A DNA stretch of 64,000 nucleotides from the human T2T-CHM13v2.0 reference genome, Homo sapiens. Below are positions 56,058 to 64,000 of the stretch, in pieces. The translations under genes and the position numbers were made by a program. The stretch's first letter is position 1; the number at the start of each line of letters is the position of its first letter. The stretch lies in assembly GCF_009914755.1 (NCBI RefSeq), contig NC_060928.1; one strand, given 5' to 3'. Below the pieces are notes generated by a model that was not told where the DNA came from, ran no database searches, and saw nothing but the letters and a program-made list of their open reading frames with translations.

Positions 56058-57660
56058 GAATAAAGCTGAGATCATTCATTTAAGGACTTTTTAACATAAC
56101 TATTTTAATACAATATTTTTTTCCTAAGAACTATTTTAGCTCTATCACACTAATTGTGATGTATTGTGTTTTCATTTTAATTCAGTTCAAAATGTTTTCT
56201 ATTTTTCTTTGTGTATCATCTTTACCCATGGTTTATTTAGAAGTATATTACTTAATTTCCAAATACTTGAGGCTTTTCAGTTCTCTTTCTGATACTGATT
56301 TTTAGTATAATTCCAATGTGATCAAAGTTCATACTTTGTATAATTTTAGTACTCTTTATTTATTAAATCATTTCATTGACAGCATGTGGTTTATCTTGGT
56401 GAGTGTTCAAATTGTACTCAAAAAGGGTATGTATTTGGGGATAGAGTAGTCAATTTGCTTAACTTGTTGATAGTGTCCAAATTACTGATTACTTATTTAC
56501 ATTTTCTTTTAATTAGTGAGAGACTTAAAAATTTACAACTGTATGTATGGATTTTTGTATTTTTGTATTTCTTCTTTGAATTCTATTTGGTTTTCTTTTA
56601 CATATTTTGAAGCAATGTAACTAAGTCCTTAGACATCTAAGATTTTTTTTCTTAAATGAAAAAATGGAATTGAATATCACATTTTATTTCTTAAAATATT
56701 CTTATTTGTAAATATGCTTTGAACTTATTGGTTTTTAAATCAGTTTTTCAAAAAGGAAAAAATGCCTTTAAATTGCCTTTTGTAATTACATAATTACCCT
56801 TACCAGTGCTCTTTCTTTGTTCTTATACATTTGGATTACTGTCTGGAGTCACTTGCTTTCGGTCTGGAGAATTTCCCTTAGCTTTTCTTATAAGATAGTC
56901 TGATAGCTATAACTTCTCTTGGTTTTTGTTTATCTGGAAAGGCCTTTATTTCACCTTTACTTTTTAATAATATTTTTGCTGGATATAGGGTTCTTGGTTG
57001 TCATTATTTTATTTGAGAACTTTAAATATATTTTCCTTTTGCCTCTGGCCTTGAGCGTTTCTGCTGTTAATCTTACTGAGTTTCCTTTGTAAAGATGTGC
57101 CATTTTTCTTCTGCTGCTTTCAAGATTTTCTCCTTGTTTTTGAATATCAGTATTTTTTTCCATGAGGTGTCTCTGTGGTTTTCTTTATGTTTATTCCACC
57201 TGGACTTTATTGAGCTTCCTCTGTGTGTTGTTCAATATTTTTCAATAAATTTTTGAAATTTCCAACCATTATTTATTTCTTTGAATTTTTTTCTCTTTCT
57301 TCCCTTTTCTTATGATACGGTTATTATGTGTATATTGGTGCACTTAATGGTGTTTTACCTTTCTCCAGGGCTTTGTTCATTTCACCATTTTTCTCTCTCT
57401 ACTTTTTGGCTCACATAATCTCGATCAATCAAACTTCAAATTTGCTTATTTCTTCTTTGACTGGTTCAAGTCTTCTGTTGAACCACTTCAATGAATCTTT
57501 AAAAACTATTTTAGCTATTGAACTTTCAATCCTAGAATTTCCATTTAATTCTTTTTTAAAAATAGTTTCTATCTCTTTATTGATATTCTCTACTTGAGGC
57601 AACATTGTCAATATACATGTCTTCTTTAATTACTTTTGTGAGTATGCTTTTAATGGTTAA

Positions 57661-57795
57661 TTTTATTTTTTTTGTCTTATTTTCTTCTTTCTTTTTGCGG
57701 AGAACGGGTTCTCACTATGATCCCCAGCAGGGGGCTCAAGCTATTCTCTCACGTCTGTCTCCTTAAGTGCTGCAATTAACAGGTGCAAGCCCAGG
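57661..57795 (-). pseudogene. BC200 RNA (BCYRN1) processed retrocopy
   Basis: Minus strand reads ..GAATAGCTTGAGCCC[del]CCTGCTGGG..ATAGTGAGAACCCGTTCTCCGCAAAAAG..AAGACAAAAAAAATAA. CCCGTTCTCC, ATAGCTTGAG and AAGACA(n)TAA are BC200 features not found in FLAM. Confidence 0.8.
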
Positions 57796-60700
57796 TAATT
57801 ATCAATCTTTTATTTGAATATGATATCATTATTAGTTAGAAAACTACTCTCACGGGCACTACCTCTTGCCTGCTTTTTTTTTTTTTTTGTAGGGTACAGG
57901 TCATACTTTTCTATTTCTTTGAATGTCTCATAATTTTTTGTTGGAAAGTGGAAATTTTAGATAATATATTTTAGGTATTCTAGGTACTATCTGGGTATTA
58001 TCTCCTCTCCTGGGCTTGTTATTGTAATTTGCTTATTTGTTAGTTTAGCGAATGTCTGGATTGTTTTAGTGAAATATTTCTCTATTCTCCTCTTTCAGTG
58101 TTAGCCCTCATATAATCCTCTTTAAAGAGGAGCAGCCTTTAGTATGCCCTCAGTCATCAAGGGATAACCACGGTACTGGTAGGACTCTCTTCCATTCTTT
58201 CTCTGACCTCACCCCTTTATGAAAGTCCACTATTTTCCTTTCTAGTCAATTCCTCTACTGTTTTCAGTAAGTCCTTGGGACATAACTTACTCTACAAACT
58301 AATCCAGTCAAATTATGTCTCCTTTGAGGGAAGAATGTCTGAAGTTATTATTTGATATTTTGAGTGTTCCCCTCAGCTGTCTTATTCCCCACTTTTCCTG
58401 TACCAATCAGTCTGCGTCTTGTATAGGCTGTATCTTTGTTAGATACATTGATCTTTTCCCAATTGACTTTCACTACAATTTCCACTGCTCTTAAGAGTGC
58501 CATTGGGCTTAAACTTCTCCAAATTCTGTTGCAAAAAAAAAAAAATGTCAGTTTATTTGGGAAGAGACTAGGAGCTGTTTATCTTACATCCTGCTCTCCC
58601 CTGAGGAACATCCCTTATCTAGAGCTCTAGAGCTGGAGATGAGAACAATGGCAAATTTCCTTCTGAGTGACATCCCTGCTTTAGGAGCTGAGCATGCAGT
58701 GGAGGGAGCAAGTAACAGCCTGTTGTTTCTCTCCTGGTGTGAGTCCACCACCTCACAACTGGAGGAAGAGATATGAAGGTCCAGTATCCTCAACATTCCA
58801 CGCTCATAGCAGAACCTGGATTCCATGAGTAGGGGTTGTATAGAGGGATCCCCCACCTTTGGATTGCACTTGCCCATGATTTAGCCTTGGCACCAGGTAG
58901 CTGAGGTCAGGATGAGAAGCTCTAAGGTCATTTTCCTCCTGGGAAAAAAACTCCTCTGTCTGGGAATTGGGAAGAAAGGGAAACCCTGTATTCTTGGCTT
59001 CAGGAGTCTGGAGTGTAGATTTTGCTTTGCTGAACTTGTGGTAGGGGGAATCAATCTTGGTTCAGTTGCCACAGACTTTTGCTTTTCTTACTGAAATTTG
59101 TAGGTTTTCTTGAGTAGATGTTTCTCTATTAGCCACTTCCCTTGAGGACCATCTCCAGAGGCTTTAAATGATTGTGTGGGTGTGTGCGTTTTTAAATAAT
59201 GTCCACCAGTTTCACTGGGAAGCAGGTCAGAGAAGCTTCTGATGCTGTCACACTAGAAATCAACCCTTTTACCATTATTTAAAAAAAAACTTTTTGGGAT
59301 ATAGAAATGTAGCTTAATGGTTTAGTTTTCTTTCATTACTTTAAAAATTACCTTCTATTATCTTTTGGCCTGTGGGAGTTCTTTTGAAAAGGCTGCTGTC
59401 ATTCTTATGTTGATTGTTCTGCAAGTCATAATTCTTATTTCTGGCCCAAGATTATTCTTTGTTGCAAGTTTTGTCAATTTGATTTAGATATTTTCTGGTG
59501 AAGTTTCCTTTTTTTTTGTTTTTCTGCTTGAAGTTTGTTGAGCTTCTTGGATCCATGAGTACATAGTTGTCATGAAATTAGAAAAAAAAACTTGCAATCA
59601 TCTTAAATCTTTTCTGCCTCCCCCAACTTCTGAGACTCAAATTGCATAAATGTTGTATTTCTTGATAATGTCCCAAAGACAATATGAAATTCTGTTCATT
59701 TTGTCAGATTTTTTCTCTTTGCATCTTCACAAATCTTATCTTGTGGGGTGTCCAATCTGCTCGTGTACAAATCTGGTATATTTTTTATTTTATTTTGCAT
59801 TTTTTATCTCTAGCAGTTTGAGTCATTTTTTTATATCTGCTATTTCTTTATTCATAATGTTCCTGCTCTCCTATACAATCTTGAACATATGCAATAAAAT
59901 TACCATAGCTATTTTGATATTCCTATGCTAATTCTATAGTCTTAGTCATGTTTTCTATTCTGTTACTATTAATTGATTTTTCGCCTGGTTATTGGTCTCA
60001 TTTTCTTTCCTCCTCGTACGCTTGTTTTTTTTCTTTTTTAAGAATTACAATTTTTTATTCCTTTTATATCCACTGTCTTTTTATCTTCTCAGACAGGTGC
60101 TGTGGATGATACACTGCAGTGAGACTACAAAACCTTTAAAGTTTTAGTTTTGTAAGCAGTTAAATTATTGACACATTATTTTCATACTCTCAGACTTGGT
60201 TTTGTTCTTTGTGGGAGCTATTTGTGTATTTGCTTTTGTTTTCCTGCTTTTTAAACCTGGGTATGGTTTTTTAATTCAAAGATAGTCTTTTCTCCCAAGT
60301 TTTGACATGTCTACAATCTCAACTGGATGTCCACGTTCAGCAAGGTTTCTACCATCTGGCTCGGCTGTAACTCCAGTGTCTTTCAGGACTTTTCAAACTA
60401 TGTTACTTCTCTCAGTTCTTAGCTACCCTGCAGCAATTACTTTCCCACAGCCTCCAGAGGAATCTCCACATGTGCAAATTATCTTCAAGTCACGAACATA
60501 TGGAACCCCCTGCAAATTTTGAGATCTCACTCTCAGCACTCCCTCATTTCCAGTAACCTGCCCTACTAAAATTTCAACCACTTAAGTTGCCTGAACTCCA
60601 TTTGTCTTCAGCTCAGTGAGGCTGCTGTACTTTCATTGGAGTCCAATTTATTGTACTTTGGTGAAAAAGGTTTCCCCAGCCAGAAAGCCTAAGTGAAAGT

Positions 60701-62799
60701 TGTGCTAACTTTGTTTGTTCTCCTTTTCTCAAAATCACAAGCTTTCTTTAAAAAAATTTGTCTCATGTCTTTTTCTGTAATTTAATTATTCTTTAAAGTG
60801 AGAAAAGCAATTTGGTCCTAGGTAACATAACATATATGAGATAAATTTTTAATTTTCCTATTTTAAATAAACATGTCTATATTTACCACTTTCAAAATAA
60901 ACATATAAGTTAAAGATTCACAATAATTTTGAAAAATAATTCTTTTTAGTAACTATCTTAAGTATTATTTATTTGCATAAAAATAAATTGGATAAATATT
61001 TTAATCAAATTACATTAATGCCTCTAGGTAGAGAGCATGTGATTTGGTTAGATTTAATCTTTAAAATGTCAGCATCCAAATATGGCATCAATTCTTACTA
61101 AATATTACGAATAATATAAACTAAATATATTTATATATATTAAATACTCAAATAGTACTCCTAACCACAAAATTAACCCAATGATGACTTCTTTTCCAAA
61201 ACATTGCAATGTGTCAATATCTTTAAATTGCTTAAAAATTAATGAATGAATCTAATTGAGTATACTTCTACCAACAATATTTTTACATGTGATAGGTAAA
61301 ACATTTGTCATTTTGAGCTTAGGCCAACTGGCAAGTCATTTTTATATCATATTGGCTGTTTCTAGGCATTTTTTTTTACTATTTTAACCAAGAGTGAGTC
61401 AAACTATATTGCTCAATTTATACAGTAGTAATGTGAAAATCATTATTACACATGGAAAAACTCATGAACAAGGATAATTATTTTCTAAAGTCACAGGTAG
61501 ATACAGCAATATTAACAATAACTATGACTTGTAGACTAACATTTAGTATGTAAACAGAGTACTCTATTTTTAAAAAATATAATTAGAGGGCAGGCACTGC
61601 ATTGCTCAGTATATTCCCAAAGCTAAGTGGCAGTTGATAAGAGTTGCATTAAAGTAAAGGTCAAATAATGATGACAAGTTTCCTCCCATTTCACTTTGCC
61701 ACAGTTTGACATAAGCTGAGATTTATGCAATGTCACTAACCATCAATCAATCACCCATGCAATAACAAATAAAGAGATGAAATGGCTAAGTAAATATGTC
61801 TTTTTAAAAATACAGGTAAAGAAAAGAAATAACATCAGCTACTAGGCTCTACAAAGAGAAGAAGCAACTCAAATACTGTTTTATTTGAAGCCCTTGTATT
61901 TAAGGAAACAAAGTATGGCCTATTTTTCTTTCTCTTGGATGATACATAATTATTTTAGTCCCTAGAATAGTTTTGTTAAAATACTGCAGTATCAGTTAAT
62001 TTTGTTTCTTGAGAAGACCTGAAAGAGGTTTTTGGTTTGTTTGTTTGTTTGTTTGTTTTTTATCCTTATGTAGTTCTTATCTTATTGGTAGGCTTTGAAT
62101 AGCTATCCTATAAATATTATTGGTTTCATAACATTTTAGGTACTTATTTTTAATTCAATATCTTTGTTATTGAAGCAAGTCAATTTAGATGAGTTGAAGA
62201 AAATGGTAATAGTAATGATTTTAAAATTTGCTAATGGTTTTCAGCATACAGCGTACACCCAAAACACTTTTAAAAACATATGGCTTAAAATCTCTACGGG
62301 GAAAATGTTTTAATGTCTTTATTCTAAGTGAATACAGTTAAACTTAACAGAAGTAATCATTCTGGCACAAAGACAGAGATGTAGGTTGGCATGAGGACAT
62401 GTGAAAAGATTAGCAGGAGATGAAAGTAGTGGAGAGACTGAAAAACACTATAACAATAGTGCATCAAATCATACCCAGTAAGAGCTACACCAACCTTTAA
62501 GGAGGAGGAATTGCAAGTTAATGTCAAAAACATAGTGTAATTTTTGTATGTATGTAAAAATTTGTATGTATGTAAAAATTTTATTTACATGTAAATAAAA
62601 ATGCATAAAATGTCACAGCATAGTATATATTATTTTCTATAGTATAGATAATTTTACAAATTGTTTTTAACTTTAAAATATTTCATGTTAAAATGTATCT
62701 ACTTTGTGTATTTGAAAAGACAGGTACATATGCTTGATGGATCTGTGTGCTAATTACAATCTAGTACCAGGGGCAGCATAGGAGAATACTTTGACTTTG

Positions 62800-62906
62800 T
62801 TTTTTTTTTAATAGAAAGTATTTTTTTAAATTACACTTTAAGTTCTAGGGTACATGTACACAACGAGCAGTTTTGTTACATATGTATACATGTGCCATGT
62901 TGGTGT
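62800..62906 (-). mobile_element. Severely 5'-truncated L1PA 3' end (~80 bp) with split tail
   Basis: ttaagttctagggtacatgtacacaacg..gttacatatgtatacatgtgccatgttggtgt; imperfect TSD GAATACTTTGACTTT (62784-62798) / GAATATCTTAACTTT (62907-62921). Confidence 0.85.
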
Positions 62907-64000
62907 GAATATCTTAACTTTTGACTGGATCCTTCTACATTTAGATACTAGAGGAAGCCCAGAGTAGGTCCCTAGAACATGCAGATGCTGATTTGTGAGA
63001 TGCTGCCTTATAAGGCCCATAAACACATACTCACACCAAAATTGTTAAAAAGAGAACAGATGCTTTAAAACAACCATAACAAGAAATCAGTTTCACATTT
63101 TTAATCATTTTAATGGCACTTAAAATGTAGTGTAATGACACAAGTGATATGTAATGATACAGGCCTATACTTCACTATATTCTTTTTTTTAAATTTTCTC
63201 AAGCCCCTGTGTTTTTAAGACCCTTTTGTCACATATATTTCTAAGAAAATAATAGTTTTATTTCAACCACATAATTGGATATTCAAAAAGAAATGTGATC
63301 ATTTCTACACTCAGAGTTTTATGTCCGGGTATTACACAGAAAAATGATAACAACATGTCTTGCCTTGAGAAAAAAAATGCAGAAAGCAAATCATTTTTAT
63401 TTTGATGTTATTCTTGGCAAGCAATATAAAAGTATATGTGTATTTGTATTCAAACGTGAAATATACCAGAAAGAACAAAATCTGATTTCAGAAGTCTTTG
63501 ATTGCTGGTCAAAAAGAATTTTTTTTAAAGGAATGTAACTAGCAGCTATTAATCACTTTCTCAAAATGTAGTGAGATTGTTCCTAGTTTTGTGCGGTTTT
63601 TTTGCATTTTCTCACAAATGTTTATCAAAATCACCCTTTAAAGAACTTTTCAGTTGTATGCCTTAATGAAAATGGCTTCCTTTTCTTATCTATTATTTTA
63701 AAAATAAAAAGCAACAAAAAACTAAATAAATTTTTCTATAATAATCTTTCTATAATAGCTCACAACTGTATTAAATAAATCAAAATAGCTTGTCAAGGGC
63801 TATCGTATTTCACTTGTTACTCTCTATAAACCTTGGAAAGCTTTAAGAGAGAAAACACTGCATTGCATTTATGAGCTCTTTACTAAACATCTGTTCCCTA
63901 ATATTTTATATCAGCCACTGAATTAGCTTCTTGAACTGCAAAAAATGGTAAAAAGTCATGGTTTCTTTACCCAAGGAATTGGCAGTACTTTCACAGTCAA

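Larger units (their letters stand above)
54660..60800 (-). mobile_element. Old L1M block(s): ORF2 5' part, ORF1 and 5' region, highly degraded
   Basis: tttcaccaataagtatcatgttagc (antisense ORF2); ORF1-like peptides at 56957-57163 and 57429-57611; a second ORF1-like stretch at ~59300-59950. Confidence 0.65.

Noticed and set aside
60093-60150. Possible exon (TTCTCAG acceptor, GTAAGC donor)
   Set aside because: It lies in T-rich antisense L1M, where such sites are common by chance.

Overview
Human genomic DNA: a human-specific AluYb8 is present at 15711. The window is AT-rich and repeat-dense, with no recognisable protein-coding exon, tRNA or rRNA; it is most likely intergenic or deep intronic. 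Nearly all ORFs in the track are by-products of Alu, L1 or LTR sequence. Contents: a full-length dead L1PA7/8-type element (45380-52030, minus), about 15 Alu/FLAM copies, seven ERV1-class solo LTRs (including a 2.4 kb MER52-type LTR carrying a CpG island), several MaLR LTRs, an ERVL integrase fossil, a BC200 retrocopy, and old L1M/L2/MIR/MER debris. I found no evidence for a new gene-encoded system. The best second-look items are local rearrangement signatures (a fold-back array in the L1 5'UTR, an L1+Alu sharing one TSD, a THE1A/L1 deletion junction, an intra-ORF2 duplication), the LTR-derived CpG island beside a young AluYb8, and two repeat-free motif-dense segments that may be enhancers. 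Subfamily names come from recalled consensus sequences and need RepeatMasker/Dfam confirmation.
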